Part shown: positions 17,430 through 28,278 of the stretch, piece after piece
Position numbering within the stretch: position 1 is the stretch's first letter
How the letters are laid out: each line of letters starts with the position of its first letter
Assembly (NCBI GenBank): GCA_019428815.1
Contig: JAHYJW010000002.1
Span: 11,725 to 75,724, forward strand
Direction of reading: 5' to 3'
From: Patescibacteria group bacterium
Lineage (GTDB): Archaea > Nanobdellota > Nanobdellia > Pacearchaeales > GW2011-AR1
DNA length: 64,000 bases
Translations under genes and position numbers: made by a program
The notes under the pieces: model-generated
Seen by the model: only the letters and a program-made list of their open reading frames with translations
The model's database searches: none
Told to the model about the DNA's origin: nothing

Positions 17430-17876
17430 TTATCCTTTTAGGGAATATATCGATAAAACATCTTCAAGATTATCGGGGCTTAATAACTCTATTTTTAATG
17501 CTTGTTCGTTCTCATTAAATTGCCTAGGGCGGGATTTTATTTTCTCGTCGTTATCTTCGGAATAAAAATCTGAAGAAATTTTTTCTTCTAAAGGACATAG
17601 TGTAACCGCTATTCTATCTCCTTTTTTTAAATTACAAATCCCATGATAGAATATACTTTTAATGGGGGTTTTTAATTGACTTCTATTTTCTAAATCTGAA
17701 ACCCCTATTACAGACATATAAAGGGGAGAAGAATAATTACTCAAAAGACCTTTTTCTTCCGTAATTAAACTTGCACCATAATTAGTTAAGTTATCTCTTA
17801 TTGTTTCCAATTCAAATTGGGTCACCCTAAAAATCAGTTTTTTATTGGATTCATCTTTTAATTTAGTTATGCTCAT
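17430..17876 (-). CDS. hypothetical protein
   Basis: 148-aa ORF in a gap with no competing frame. No motif recognised. Confidence 0.45.
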   Translation of the reverse strand: MSITKLKDESNKKLIFRVTQFELETIRDNLTNYGASLITEEKGLLSNYSSPLYMSVIGVSDLENRSQLKTPIKSIFYHGICNLKKGDRIAVTLCPLEEKISSDFYSEDNDEKIKSRPRQFNENEQALKIELLSPDNLEDVLSIYSLKG

Positions 17877-17992
17877 TAAAAGAGAATAAATTTTTAGTTT
17901 ATAATGATTATTGTTTTTAGAAAGAGTATTTTAAATTTAAAAAGAGGTTTTTTAAGGGTTATCCTTTTTAAATAAAAAGAATATGTATACTT

Positions 17993-18736
17993 ATGGAAAA
18001 AGAATTTAAAAAAATAAGAAAATTTGAGGGGGAAATTCATAAAAGGGGGTATGTTCTTATTCAAATTTTAATTCAAATTACTTTAGTTATCGCGATATTT
18101 CTCTCTATTTACGAAAAAAATTGGATAAACATTTTAGTTATTTCTCTTACATTACTTTTAATTTATCTACCTAAACTTTTTTCGAAAAAATTTCAAATTT
18201 TTTTACCTTTAGATTTTCAAACATTAATGGTTCTTTTTATTTATATGAGTATTTTTTTAGGAGAAATAGGAAACTTTTATGAAAAATTTATTTGGTGGGA
18301 CTCTATCTTGCATCTTACTTCAGGGATTGCTTTAGGTTTTGTAGGTTTTTTGCTATTGTACGTTCTTTATAGATCAGGGAAATTTAAATCTGATCCAATT
18401 TGGGTTGCAATTTTTTCTTTTTGTTTTTCTGTCACCTTGGGGGTTTTATGGGAGATTTTTGAATTTTGGATGGATTCTATCTTTGGTTTAAATATGCAAA
18501 GAGCTATTTTTTCTTTAGAGGTTATAAAAACCTTTGGCAGCAGCAGAATTGCAATTTATGATACTATGCAGGATTTCATATTAAACGGAATAGGTGCTTT
18601 TATTGCTTCTGTCTCCAGTTATATTTATTTAAAAAAAAGAGGTATGTTGATATTTGGTTCTTTTGTTAAGAATTTTGAAGACAAAAATCCTCGTCTCTTT
18701 AAAAATAAAAAATACCCAAAAAGAAGCATATTCTAA
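17993..18736 (+). CDS. hypothetical polytopic membrane protein (possibly YjdF/DUF2238-like)
   Basis: 247 aa with 6-7 TM segments. The WDSILHLTSG...LWEIFEFWMDSIFGLNMQ motif is only vaguely recalled. Confidence 0.45.
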   Translation: MEKEFKKIRKFEGEIHKRGYVLIQILIQITLVIAIFLSIYEKNWINILVISLTLLLIYLPKLFSKKFQIFLPLDFQTLMVLFIYMSIFLGEIGNFYEKFIWWDSILHLTSGIALGFVGFLLLYVLYRSGKFKSDPIWVAIFSFCFSVTLGVLWEIFEFWMDSIFGLNMQRAIFSLEVIKTFGSSRIAIYDTMQDFILNGIGAFIASVSSYIYLKKRGMLIFGSFVKNFEDKNPRLFKNKKYPKRSIF

Positions 18737-18775
18737 AACTTTAAAAATGAAGGGTTATTGTTTTTATAAGGTAAA

Positions 18776-18994
18776 ATGAAAAAAAAGAAGACTTTAAAAA
18801 AATCTATAAAAAAACAAAAGGAAGAGGATAACTCTGGACTTTTTATCCCGGCAGGGTTATTTGTTGGGATGGGATTAGGCTTTGCTCTTGAAAATCTAGT
18901 GGCTTGGTTATTTATGGGTTTAGGAGCAGGTTTTTTAGCAATGGCAGTTTATAAAGCGAGGGATATAAAGAAAAAAGGATCTTCAAAGAAATAA
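18776..18994 (+). CDS. small Gly-zipper membrane protein
   Basis: 72 aa. Basic termini flank GLFVGMGLGFALENLVAWLFMGLGAGFLAMAV. Confidence 0.4.
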   Translation: MKKKKTLKKSIKKQKEEDNSGLFIPAGLFVGMGLGFALENLVAWLFMGLGAGFLAMAVYKARDIKKKGSSKK

Positions 18995-19095
18995 AATATC
19001 CAACAAAATTTTAAATCTTTAACTTAATTTTATTTTTATAATTTTTATATATGTTTTCACGCATGTTTTAAAAAGTTCATTATTTTTTTAAAACT

Positions 19096-20028
19096 ATGAT
19101 AAATAAAAAAGGTTTTTCCTGGGGAAGCATTTTAAAATTTGTGTTTTTCCTATTTGTTTTAGGATTATTATTTTTTTATTGGATATTCCCAATCAACGAA
19201 AAAAATTTTATTCTATCTAAACCAGGGCATTCAAATTTTACTCTAAACTCTTCTTTAGGAACAAATATGCAGTTTTATACGAATATGAGGTATCAAAAAT
19301 CTGATATCTCCTACAAAATTGAAGACTGCCCTCTTCCTAGAGAAGTAGAAATGAAACGTTCTTTTGAATGGATTGAAAATTTAACAACCTTAAATTTTTA
19401 TGAAACACAACAAAATGAAGAAATAAGTGTAACTTGTAAAGACACCTTAATAAAAGGGGAAAGAGGTGCATTTATAGCTGGCGAAGGAGGGGTGACTAAT
19501 GTTGCAATAACAAATAATTTTCATGTTATTCTCCAAGGAAAAGTAATTTTAATTAGGGAAAGTCAATGTCCAGATCCAATAATCGGAACTCATGAGTTAC
19601 TTCATGCCTTAGGTTTTGAGCATTCTGAGAATCCGAATAATATTATGTACCCCACAGTTAACTGTAATCAGATAATCGGAGAGGACTTGATAAAAGAAAT
19701 AGATTATTTGTATAGTTTTCCTTCTGTTCCAGACCTTTCATTTGAAAATGCTTCGGCAAAACTAAAAGGGAAATATCTCGATGTAAATATGACGATTAGA
19801 AATAATGGCCTAAAAAATTCTGAAGAATCCAAGGTAATTGTTTATGGGAAGAATAAAGTACTTAGTGAAGTGGACATCTCTTCTATTAGTATAGGTTCAG
19901 GAAGAATAATCTCCTTAACAAATATTTTTACTTTAACGAATCCTAATGAGATAGAACTTTTTATAAACTACTCTGAAGATGAACTTAATAAAAAAAATAA
20001 CAGGGTTCTTTTAGAGATAAACAATTAA
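19096..20028 (+). CDS. membrane-anchored matrixin-like (M10) zinc metalloprotease with a C-terminal beta-sandwich (CARDB-like) domain
   Basis: HELLHALGFEHSENPNNIMYP is the HExxHxxGxxH motif plus Met-turn. An N-terminal TM anchor is present. Confidence 0.75.
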   Translation: MINKKGFSWGSILKFVFFLFVLGLLFFYWIFPINEKNFILSKPGHSNFTLNSSLGTNMQFYTNMRYQKSDISYKIEDCPLPREVEMKRSFEWIENLTTLNFYETQQNEEISVTCKDTLIKGERGAFIAGEGGVTNVAITNNFHVILQGKVILIRESQCPDPIIGTHELLHALGFEHSENPNNIMYPTVNCNQIIGEDLIKEIDYLYSFPSVPDLSFENASAKLKGKYLDVNMTIRNNGLKNSEESKVIVYGKNKVLSEVDISSISIGSGRIISLTNIFTLTNPNEIELFINYSEDELNKKNNRVLLEINN

Positions 20029-20059
20029 TAAAAAGAAAAAAAATAAGTTTAGTTAGAAA

Positions 20060-20155
20060 ATCAATCCATATCGTCAAGATCTAAATCTTCAACGACCTCA
20101 TCAAAATCATCTTCTAACTGTTGTTCTTCAGGCCCCTGAAAAAAGTTATTTCCCA
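20060..20155 (-). CDS. possible 31-aa highly acidic peptide
   Basis: My translation: MGNNFFQGPEEQQLEDDFDEVVEDLDLDDMD*. SD-like GAGGG lies about 8 nt upstream. It is the only ORF in a 280-nt gap. Confidence 0.3.
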
Positions 20156-20308
20156 TTTTGTGCCCTCTTTTTATATTTTTTAATAGAGGTGTCTTATTTT
20201 TAAATATTTCTATAAAAAATAATTAATGTAAATAATCCTAAATTACCAATTTTTAAATTAAAAATCTTTAATGGAAAGATTTAAAACTAAAAAAAGGATA
20301 TTTTTATT

Positions 20309-21178
20309 ATGAAAACAAAAAGAAGAGGATTGAAATTTTATTTAATCTTTTTAATCTTAATATTTTCTTTAACGATTTCTAGCGCTTGCACTTTAGACGT
20401 TATTTTAATTAACCAAGAACCATATCCTGTAAGCCCAGGAGAAAGTGTAAAGGTTTTATTCCAAGTAACGGGAGTGGGAAGTTCTGATTGTGGTTTAGTT
20501 AGACTTAAAGTTATGGAAAATTTTCCATTCACAATAGACCCAAGTATGTCCCCTGAAAAAACAATCCAGTCCGGAGTTTTTGCAATAGGTTACAATTACA
20601 ATTCCTGGACAGTACCTTATACTATAAGAGTAAGTAAAGATGCAGAAAGGGGTTTAAATGAATTAGATATTTTAGTCTCTAAAAATGGGGCAACAGGAGG
20701 AGTCATACAAAGTTTTGATATTGAAATTGAAGAAGTAAAAACAGAATTTGAGGTTTACATAAGAGACTATAACAGTTTAAGTAAGACCCTAACTCTTAGT
20801 GTGATGAATGTAGGAAAGAATAATGTTGAATCTTTGCTTATAGAACTACCTGAACAAGAAACATTAGATGTTATCGGAAGTAACAAACAAACAATTGGAA
20901 TTTTGGATTCCAACGAAGATACCACGGTTAGATTTAGCGTTTCAGAAGTAAAAGAGGGCAGATTAAAATTAATAATTAGGTATAACGATGTGATTAATGA
21001 AAGAAGAGAAGTTATCAAAGAGATTTCATTTAATCCCAAGTTGTTTAAACTCGAAGAAGAAAAGAAAGGTTTAAGTTTTTCTAATTATTTCTTAATAATT
21101 GTAGTTATAGCTATTGTAGGTTATTGTTTTTATAAAAGAAAAAAGAGTAGAAAAAAACTTAAAGAAAAAAAGTTTTGA
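20309..21178 (+). CDS. S-layer-like/CARDB-type cell-surface protein with a C-terminal TM anchor
   Basis: Signal peptide, then two beta-sandwich-like halves (LINQEPYPVSPGESVKVLFQV..., ...LSVMNVGKNNVESL...), then the TM plus basic tail IVGYCFYKRKKSRKK. Resembles archaeal COG1361 proteins. Confidence 0.55.
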   Translation: MKTKRRGLKFYLIFLILIFSLTISSACTLDVILINQEPYPVSPGESVKVLFQVTGVGSSDCGLVRLKVMENFPFTIDPSMSPEKTIQSGVFAIGYNYNSWTVPYTIRVSKDAERGLNELDILVSKNGATGGVIQSFDIEIEEVKTEFEVYIRDYNSLSKTLTLSVMNVGKNNVESLLIELPEQETLDVIGSNKQTIGILDSNEDTTVRFSVSEVKEGRLKLIIRYNDVINERREVIKEISFNPKLFKLEEEKKGLSFSNYFLIIVVIAIVGYCFYKRKKSRKKLKEKKF

Positions 21179-21249
21179 TTAAATAATTTTTTTCTTAAAT
21201 GATATTTGTTTAATCTAAAAGAAACTTATAATTATTTAATAACAACCTC

Positions 21250-22461
21250 CTATTCTTCTCTTAATGCTTCAGTAGGTTTTGTTTTTGCGGCGCGTAAAGC
21301 GGGCATAGATCCAGATAAACTGCCTACAAAAAATGAAAATAAAATACAAGATAAAACTAACCAAAGAGGAGTAGAAGCATTGAGGTAATCTACTCCTGTA
21401 AAAAAATATATCGCATATTCTACCCCTTTACCCATTAAAAATCCTAAAATAACCCCCAAGATCCCCCCAACGAGTCCTAAAAGCCCAGATTCTATCAAAA
21501 ATAAATAAAAGATATTTTTATTTTCAGCTCCGACGGCTTTCATTAATCCAATTTCTTTTCTTCTTTCCAAAATAGAAGTGTACATTGTGTTCGCAATTCC
21601 TATAGCACCAACAAAAAGAGAAATTCCTGCAATAGCTAAAAAAAATCCGGTTATTATAATCAAAATTGAATTAAAGATATTCAAAATTTGATCTGGTTTT
21701 ATGATAAAAAAGTCTTCCTCTTCCAAATCAGTAAAACGAATTAATCTAAGTTTTATCTCCTCTGCAACCTCATCAATAATTTCATAAGATTCTACTTTAA
21801 CAATTACCTCATCTACCTTATTTCCAATATCAAATATTTCCCTAAAATCGTCTGATAAAATCATTACAACTTTATCATGCTCATCAGTTCCAATTTTAGT
21901 AGTTATCCCCTCAACCCGAAACCTCTTACCGTTAATCATTATTGTATCCCCAACATAAACTCGTCTTCCAAAGAGTTCATCTTCACTATAGGCAGAACCT
22001 AGAACTACTTTTCCAGTATCCCCTTTTTTTAAATGCCCCCCTTCCTTGATAGAATAAAAAGACATATCCCCCAAAACATCCCATAAATTTTCACTAATCC
22101 CTGAAATCATAGCAAATCTCCCCTCCCCTTTATATTCTACAGTTCCTGTTCCAATTAATTCGTAAACTACATCTTCAACTCCTGGAACTCTTTTGATTTG
22201 ATTTATGTGATCTGTAGTGATTATGCCCTGATTTTCTGAAGAAGAACCCCCCATACCCATCATTCCTGAAGGTAAGATGATTATCATATCCATACCCATT
22301 TCATCAAAGGTTTTTTCTACAAAATCGCTTAAACCTAAAGATAAACTAACAATAACGAATATAATGGCTATAGAAGCAACTATTCCTATCATGGTTAACC
22401 AGGACCTTACTTTCTTTTCTTTTACATTTTTAATGCCTAATTTAAAATAATCTTTAATCAT
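21250..22461 (-). CDS. ABC transporter permease, MacB/FtsX-like
   Basis: 403 aa. TM1, a large extracytoplasmic MacB-type domain, and 3 C-terminal FtsX TMs (...MYTSILERRKEIGLMKAVGA...). Confidence 0.8.
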   Translation of the reverse strand: MIKDYFKLGIKNVKEKKVRSWLTMIGIVASIAIIFVIVSLSLGLSDFVEKTFDEMGMDMIIILPSGMMGMGGSSSENQGIITTDHINQIKRVPGVEDVVYELIGTGTVEYKGEGRFAMISGISENLWDVLGDMSFYSIKEGGHLKKGDTGKVVLGSAYSEDELFGRRVYVGDTIMINGKRFRVEGITTKIGTDEHDKVVMILSDDFREIFDIGNKVDEVIVKVESYEIIDEVAEEIKLRLIRFTDLEEEDFFIIKPDQILNIFNSILIIITGFFLAIAGISLFVGAIGIANTMYTSILERRKEIGLMKAVGAENKNIFYLFLIESGLLGLVGGILGVILGFLMGKGVEYAIYFFTGVDYLNASTPLWLVLSCILFSFFVGSLSGSMPALRAAKTKPTEALREE

Positions 22462-23687
22462 TTTCTTAATGCTTCAACAGGAGTTAGTTTAGATGCCTGC
22501 ATTGCAGGTAATATTCCAGAGATTGTTCCAACAAGGAATGAGAATAAAATAACCCCTATTAATAAGGGAATTGAAAAAGTTACATTAAGATTTGCCCCAG
22601 GAATAAAACCCTTTATAAAGTATGTAGTAACAAAAGCAAGTAAAAGGCCAAAAAAGGATCCTGTAATACCTCCAATTAAACCAAGTAATCCAGATTCTGT
22701 TAAGAAAAGAGCCAAGATATCTTTATTCTTAGCGCCAACAGATTTCATAATTCCTATTTCTTTTCTACGCTCTAAAATAGACATATACATTGTGTTTGTT
22801 ATTCCCACACCACCCACAAACAATGAAATAAAAGCTATTCCTAAAACGAAAATTCTTATAGTATTAATGATTTTACTTACTGTTTCTGCAGATTCTACAG
22901 ATGTCTGAATTTCAAAATCTTCTTCTCCAGGTTTTTGTTTTCTATCATTTCTCATTTCCTCCCTTATTAACCCTGCAATTTCTTCAACCTCATCCCTATG
23001 AAGAACTTTAACATCAAGGCTAGGGTAATCTTCTTTTAGATTAAAGACTCGTTCCATTTCATATTGAGGTAAAAAAATTGTTCGGTCTTTTTGAGAATTT
23101 CCTGTTGAACTTAAAATTCCTACAACTCTAAAATTTTCTTCTTCAATTCTTAAGTTATCCCCTACTTCGATTTTTGTTTTAAAAAGTCTAGATTCTGTTG
23201 CTTTATTACCAATGAGGATAACCCCTGTATCCCCACTATTTATTAATCTACCTTCTTCAATATTGAAACCGTAAGATTCATAAAAATGATTTAACTTTAA
23301 GAAACCCTCAGGGATGTTAGAGATAATTGAGTAACCGGTATCTTCCCTGTATTCTATTTCTGCAAAGGTAGTATATCTCGGGATAACAGATTCAACGCCC
23401 CTTATAGAGTTAATAATACTTATATCATCTTCAGAAAAAGTTCCGCCACCAAAACCCATCATACCCCGCCCAATAATTGTTATTTTATCAGGACTAAGTT
23501 CTCCAACAAATTGTTTAGAGATAGCCTCTTCCATCGCATTACCTAAAGAAACTAATGCTACAACAGAGACAATCCCTATAAAGATTCCTAAAATGGTTAA
23601 CCAACTTCTTATTTTTCTTCTTCTTAAATTTTTAAAGGCTAAAAAAGGATATTTGCTAATCATAACTACCTCCGAATATTTTTCCAA
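22458..23687 (-). CDS. ABC transporter permease, MacB/FtsX-like (paralog)
   Basis: Same architecture (MYMSILERRKEIGIMKSVGA). It overlaps the downstream permease by 4 nt. Confidence 0.8.
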   Translation of the reverse strand: MEKYSEVVMISKYPFLAFKNLRRRKIRSWLTILGIFIGIVSVVALVSLGNAMEEAISKQFVGELSPDKITIIGRGMMGFGGGTFSEDDISIINSIRGVESVIPRYTTFAEIEYREDTGYSIISNIPEGFLKLNHFYESYGFNIEEGRLINSGDTGVILIGNKATESRLFKTKIEVGDNLRIEEENFRVVGILSSTGNSQKDRTIFLPQYEMERVFNLKEDYPSLDVKVLHRDEVEEIAGLIREEMRNDRKQKPGEEDFEIQTSVESAETVSKIINTIRIFVLGIAFISLFVGGVGITNTMYMSILERRKEIGIMKSVGAKNKDILALFLTESGLLGLIGGITGSFFGLLLAFVTTYFIKGFIPGANLNVTFSIPLLIGVILFSFLVGTISGILPAMQASKLTPVEALRK

Positions 23688-24442
23688 ACATCCCCAACTT
23701 TTTTCATTGTTTTTTCGATTTTTCCATCTTTAATCCAATAGATTATTCCCGCGTGTTTCTTTCCTAATTCTGAATCATGAGTAACAATTATGATTGTCTT
23801 ACCTTTTTTATTTAACTCATCTAAAAAAGACATTATTATTTCCCCATTTTTTGTATCTAGATTTCCAGTTGGTTCATCGGCAAGTATCACCTCAGGATCA
23901 TTAATTAAAGCTCGGGCTATTGCAACTCTTTGCTGTTCACCTCCTGAAAGTTTATTTGGATAAGAATACATTCTATGACCCAATCCAACTTTTTTCAGTA
24001 ACTTCTCTGATCTTTCTCTTCTTTCATCTTCTTCGTAATCTTGAAAAAACATAGGTAAAGAGACATTTTCTATAACATTAAGATTTGGGATCAGATTAAA
24101 TTGTTGAAAAATAAATCCAATTTTTTGACCCCTGATTCTTGCTAATTCTGATTCTGATAAGTCTGAGATATTATAATTATCCAGGAAAATTTCTCCTTTT
24201 GTGGGGATATCAAGACTTCCAACAAGATTCATCATCGTTGATTTTCCGCTTCCAGAAGGACCCATTATCGCGACAAATTCTCCAGGTTTTATCTTGAGGT
24301 CTATTCCATCAACTGCTCTTACAAGAGACTCCCCCATTTGGTAATGCTTGGTCACTTTTTTCAAAAGGATTAGTCCCCTTTGTTCAGAATCCTCTTCAAA
24401 AGAAATCAAATCTTTAGGTTTTCCTTTTTCTCTCTTTTCCAT
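23666..24442 (-). CDS. ABC transporter ATP-binding protein (MacB/LolD type)
   Basis: Walker [11 protein letters not shown]-loop, signature [15 protein letters not shown], Walker [12 protein letters not shown]. Confidence 0.85.
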   Translation of the reverse strand: MEKREKGKPKDLISFEEDSEQRGLILLKKVTKHYQMGESLVRAVDGIDLKIKPGEFVAIMGPSGSGKSTMMNLVGSLDIPTKGEIFLDNYNISDLSESELARIRGQKIGFIFQQFNLIPNLNVIENVSLPMFFQDYEEDERRERSEKLLKKVGLGHRMYSYPNKLSGGEQQRVAIARALINDPEVILADEPTGNLDTKNGEIIMSFLDELNKKGKTIIIVTHDSELGKKHAGIIYWIKDGKIEKTMKKVGDVWKNIRR

Positions 24443-24592
24443 AAAAAATAAAGAACTTTATAGCTTAAAAATCTTAAGGAAAGACAGATTCTCTCTAAAA
24501 GAATCTTTTAACTTTTTATGATTAAATTTTATTTTTCAAAAAGGGATTACTTTAAACAAAATGTTTATAATTGATTTAGACATTATTCTAAG

Positions 24593-27298
24593 ATGGGGTT
24601 AAAAGAGGGGGAAATAAAAAAGGGCCTTAATTCTGAAGAAGCTAAAAAAAGATTAGAAGATTATGGTCCAAATGAGCTTAAAGAAACAAATAAAATATCT
24701 GTACTTGAGATATTAGCTCGCCAAATTAGAAGTAATTTTGTGATTTATCTTCTTTTGTTTGCTACAATAATTTCCTTCCTTGTTGGAAAAAATTTAACCG
24801 CATATGTAATAATTATTGTTCTAGGCGTAGTTATCTCAACCGGATTTTTACAAGAATACAAAGCTGAAAGAGCAATGGTAGCTCTAAAAAGAATGATCAC
24901 ACCGATATCGACGGTGATTAGAAATGGAGAAGAAAGAGAAATTCCCTCTAATGAAATTGTTCCAGGAGATATCTTAATCTTACGTACAGGGGAGAGAATC
25001 CCTGCGGATTCTATTGTTGTTGAGCAAGTAGAGTTACTTGTTAATGAATCGATTCTTACCGGAGAATCAAAGGAAGTAAAAAAATTTATTCCTAAAGATA
25101 TTGAAGATTATTCTGATAAAAATACCCTCTTCATGGGCTCTTTTATTGTTAGCGGGAAATGTAAAGCGAAGGTAATAAAAACAGGTATGCAAACAAAATT
25201 TGGAAAAATTGCAGGAATGATTTCTGAAACAGAAAAAGAACTTCCTCTACAAAAAAAAGTTAACAAGATTTGTAAATATCTTGCAATTGCAGGTTCATTT
25301 ATGGCAGTATTAACAGGAGCGATAATTCTTCTTCAGACCCCTGGAATAAATAATGAGTTAATAATGTCTGTTTTAGTTACAGTAATTGCAATAGCTGTTG
25401 CATCTTTTCCTGAAGGTTTTCCTGTTGTTCTTATAACTGCTCTTGCTTCAGGATCATACCAGATGGCAAAAAAGAATGCTATTGTAAACAGAATGTCGAT
25501 TATTGAAACTTTAGGGGAAACAACAATTATTTGTTCTGATAAAACAGGAACAATTACAAAAGGGGAGATGACTGCTGGAGATTTATTTACTAATCAAAGA
25601 AGGTATAAAATAACAGGAGTAGGATATGACTCCGAGGGAGATTTTATTCTTAATGGAAGAAAGATAGACCCCCACAAGGAACCCAATTTCAATATGATAT
25701 TCAGAAGTTCTATTTTATGTAATGAAGCAAGGATTACTAAAACAGATGAAGAGAACATCTTTCAACCCATTGGTATGCCAACAGAAGCAGCATTGTTAGT
25801 AATGGCAGCTAAGGGGAATTTTTTTAGAGAGGGTATAGAATATTCTGTCATTAAAGAAATCCCCTTTAGTTCTGAAAGAAAAATGATGACAGTTTTATGT
25901 AACGAAAAAGGTAAAAAAAGAGTTTATTCTAAAGGAGCATTAGAAGTCCTTATTCAAAAGTGTAATTTTATTCAAAGAGAAAATGGGGTTTTCAGATTAC
26001 TTGAAAGAGATAAAAAAAGAATTCTTGAAGCAGACAGCAATATGACTTCGAATGCCCTAAGAACAATTGCTCTTGCTTACAAAGAGGTAGAAAAAGGGAG
26101 CTCAAAGGGAAATTTAGAATCAGATTTGATATTTCTTGGTTTAGTGGGAATTGAAGATCCGCCTAGAGAAGAAATAAAAGAAGCAATAGAAACCTGTAGA
26201 GAAGCTGGAATAAGAGTTAAAATGATTACAGGGGATAATAAAGAAACAGCTATAGCTATTGCAAAAAAAATTGGATTTGATAAAGGAAAAGTTCTTGAAG
26301 GCAGAGATTTAGACAGTTTAAATGACGAAGATTTAGTTAAAATTGTAGATAACGTTGTTATTTTTGCAAGAGTAAGGCCAGAACATAAATTAAGAATTGT
26401 TAAAGCACTTAAAGAAAAAGGAGAAATTGTGACTATGACTGGTGATGGGGTGAATGACTCTCCGGCACTAAAAGAAGCCCATATTGGAGTTGCAATGGGA
26501 AAAAATGGGACAGATGTTTCTAGGTCTGTATCTGATTTGACTCTTAAAGATGATAACTTTGCAACTATTGTTGATGCAATAAAAGAAGGTAGAAGAATAT
26601 TTACAAACATACAAAAATTTTCAACTTATCAGATTTCGGTAAATTTTTCACAAGTTTTTTTGATTTTCCTAGGGATATTAATTGGATTGCCCCTTCCTTT
26701 ATTGGCAATTCAAATACTTTTTATGAACCTTTTTTCTGATGAACTTACAGCATTAACTTTAGCATTTAATCCTTATTCAAAGGATATAATGAGTGTTAAA
26801 CCTAGAAGTAAATCTAATATAATAACTAAACCCCTCTTTAGAATCTTAATCTTAGCAGGATTAATAATTTGTATTGGATCACTTTTCGTTTTTTATTACA
26901 CACATGAAATTGTAGGAGAACCAGAGAATGTAGCTAGAACAACTACTTTTGTAACTATGGTCTTATTTGGTATAACAAATGCGTATAATTTTAGATCTTT
27001 TAGAAAATTGACTTGCAACCGTTCCCCATTTGTAAACAAGCCATTAGTTTATGCATCCCTAATAGTGCTCTTTGGGACATTACTTATTGTATATAATCCC
27101 TTTTTAAACAGTATATTTGAAACTGTTCCAATACATCTTAATTACTGGGTTTTAGCTATTCTTGTTTCATTATCTGTGATTTTGATATTTGATATTTTAA
27201 AGTACCTAAATAATAAAAAACATTTTTGGACAGAAAATTTACAAGAATTAAATTCAAGGATAAAAAGAAAGGAATTAATGAAAAAAGATAGAAACTAA
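24593..27298 (+). CDS. P-type cation-transporting ATPase (type II, Ca2+/Mg2+-like)
   Basis: 901 aa. TGES, phosphorylation site CSDKTGTIT, MITGDNKETA, hinge TGDGVNDSPALK, and about 10 TMs. Confidence 0.85.
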   Translation: MGLKEGEIKKGLNSEEAKKRLEDYGPNELKETNKISVLEILARQIRSNFVIYLLLFATIISFLVGKNLTAYVIIIVLGVVISTGFLQEYKAERAMVALKRMITPISTVIRNGEEREIPSNEIVPGDILILRTGERIPADSIVVEQVELLVNESILTGESKEVKKFIPKDIEDYSDKNTLFMGSFIVSGKCKAKVIKTGMQTKFGKIAGMISETEKELPLQKKVNKICKYLAIAGSFMAVLTGAIILLQTPGINNELIMSVLVTVIAIAVASFPEGFPVVLITALASGSYQMAKKNAIVNRMSIIETLGETTIICSDKTGTITKGEMTAGDLFTNQRRYKITGVGYDSEGDFILNGRKIDPHKEPNFNMIFRSSILCNEARITKTDEENIFQPIGMPTEAALLVMAAKGNFFREGIEYSVIKEIPFSSERKMMTVLCNEKGKKRVYSKGALEVLIQKCNFIQRENGVFRLLERDKKRILEADSNMTSNALRTIALAYKEVEKGSSKGNLESDLIFLGLVGIEDPPREEIKEAIETCREAGIRVKMITGDNKETAIAIAKKIGFDKGKVLEGRDLDSLNDEDLVKIVDNVVIFARVRPEHKLRIVKALKEKGEIVTMTGDGVNDSPALKEAHIGVAMGKNGTDVSRSVSDLTLKDDNFATIVDAIKEGRRIFTNIQKFSTYQISVNFSQVFLIFLGILIGLPLPLLAIQILFMNLFSDELTALTLAFNPYSKDIMSVKPRSKSNIITKPLFRILILAGLIICIGSLFVFYYTHEIVGEPENVARTTTFVTMVLFGITNAYNFRSFRKLTCNRSPFVNKPLVYASLIVLFGTLLIVYNPFLNSIFETVPIHLNYWVLAILVSLSVILIFDILKYLNNKKHFWTENLQELNSRIKRKELMKKDRN

Positions 27299-27330
27299 CT
27301 TATCACAAAAGTAAGAAAAATCTAATGAAC

Positions 27331-28278
27331 TTATTTATTCTTTTTTCTAGTTTTATCTTTGATTAAATATGTTACTATCAAAAGGATTAACAAAAGAATA
27401 ATCAACATCATTAACCAAACAACAATTTCTTCAAGCTTTATTCCTTCTGAGGATTTTAGAGGTATTCTTCCTTCTTCATCTGACTGGTCTGAAGGAGATA
27501 TTGATCTAAATTGATTTATCCATCTTGAAAAGTAATACTCATCAATGGGGATGAACCTCACACCGCTTCCAGTTCCCGGTGAAATTGGGTCTTCTTGTTC
27601 AGGAGGGGGAATGATATTCTTTACTGATAAGACATAATCTTGGAATACGCTATCGCCAGCTTCATCTTGAACTTTTAGTCTGATTTGAAATGCAGTGTCT
27701 CCATCAACAAAAGGAGCTCTTCCAGTTATCAAACCTGTTTGGGAGTTTATTGAAAGCCAATTTGGTGCGTTGATTAATGAGAATTGATAAGGTAATATTC
27801 CCCCATCAGCTATAACTTGGTAATTATAAATTACTCCTTCATCAACTTGGGTAATTGGGTTAGAGATAATTTTTAAAGTTTCTGGAGGAATTATTACGGG
27901 ATTTACTAAAATATGAAGAATATAGTTATCTGCACTAGGATAATTATCTGAACCTTGTAAAATTACTCGATAGCTTCCGGGGCTGTTATAAATACTTTTT
28001 CCTAAATTGAAAGTATTAAAATAACCGTAATCATTCACAACATGATTATTTTGAAAAGTATAAATCAAATTATAATCTGAATCATAAAGTTTAATATTAA
28101 TAACCATTGGCGGGGACATGCTATAAAAATTTACATTAAATCCAATATTTTCCCCATCATTTATCTCAATAAACTGATTCCCATTTTCCCAATTTCCATG
28201 AACAACTATTGCACTTAAACTATTTACTGAAAAAATGATTAATATCCCTAAGATTAATAAAAGATATTTATTTTTCAT
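27331..28278 (-). CDS. surface protein with an Ig-like (He_PIG / dystroglycan-type cadherin-like) domain and a C-terminal TM anchor
   Basis: Signal peptide. ...YNYQVIADGGILPYQFSLINAPNWLSINSQTGLITGRAP... is the putative-Ig-domain signature. C-terminal TM plus basic tail. Confidence 0.6.
   Translation of the reverse strand: MKNKYLLLILGILIIFSVNSLSAIVVHGNWENGNQFIEINDGENIGFNVNFYSMSPPMVINIKLYDSDYNLIYTFQNNHVVNDYGYFNTFNLGKSIYNSPGSYRVILQGSDNYPSADNYILHILVNPVIIPPETLKIISNPITQVDEGVIYNYQVIADGGILPYQFSLINAPNWLSINSQTGLITGRAPFVDGDTAFQIRLKVQDEAGDSVFQDYVLSVKNIIPPPEQEDPISPGTGSGVRFIPIDEYYFSRWINQFRSISPSDQSDEEGRIPLKSSEGIKLEEIVVWLMMLIILLLILLIVTYLIKDKTRKKNK

Noticed and set aside
24486-24506. The 7-bp inverted repeat agattct-N7-agaatct between the ABC operon and the P-type ATPase as an operator.
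   Set aside because: The arms are short, there are no second copies, and no adjacent regulator gene is present. It is indistinguishable from chance.
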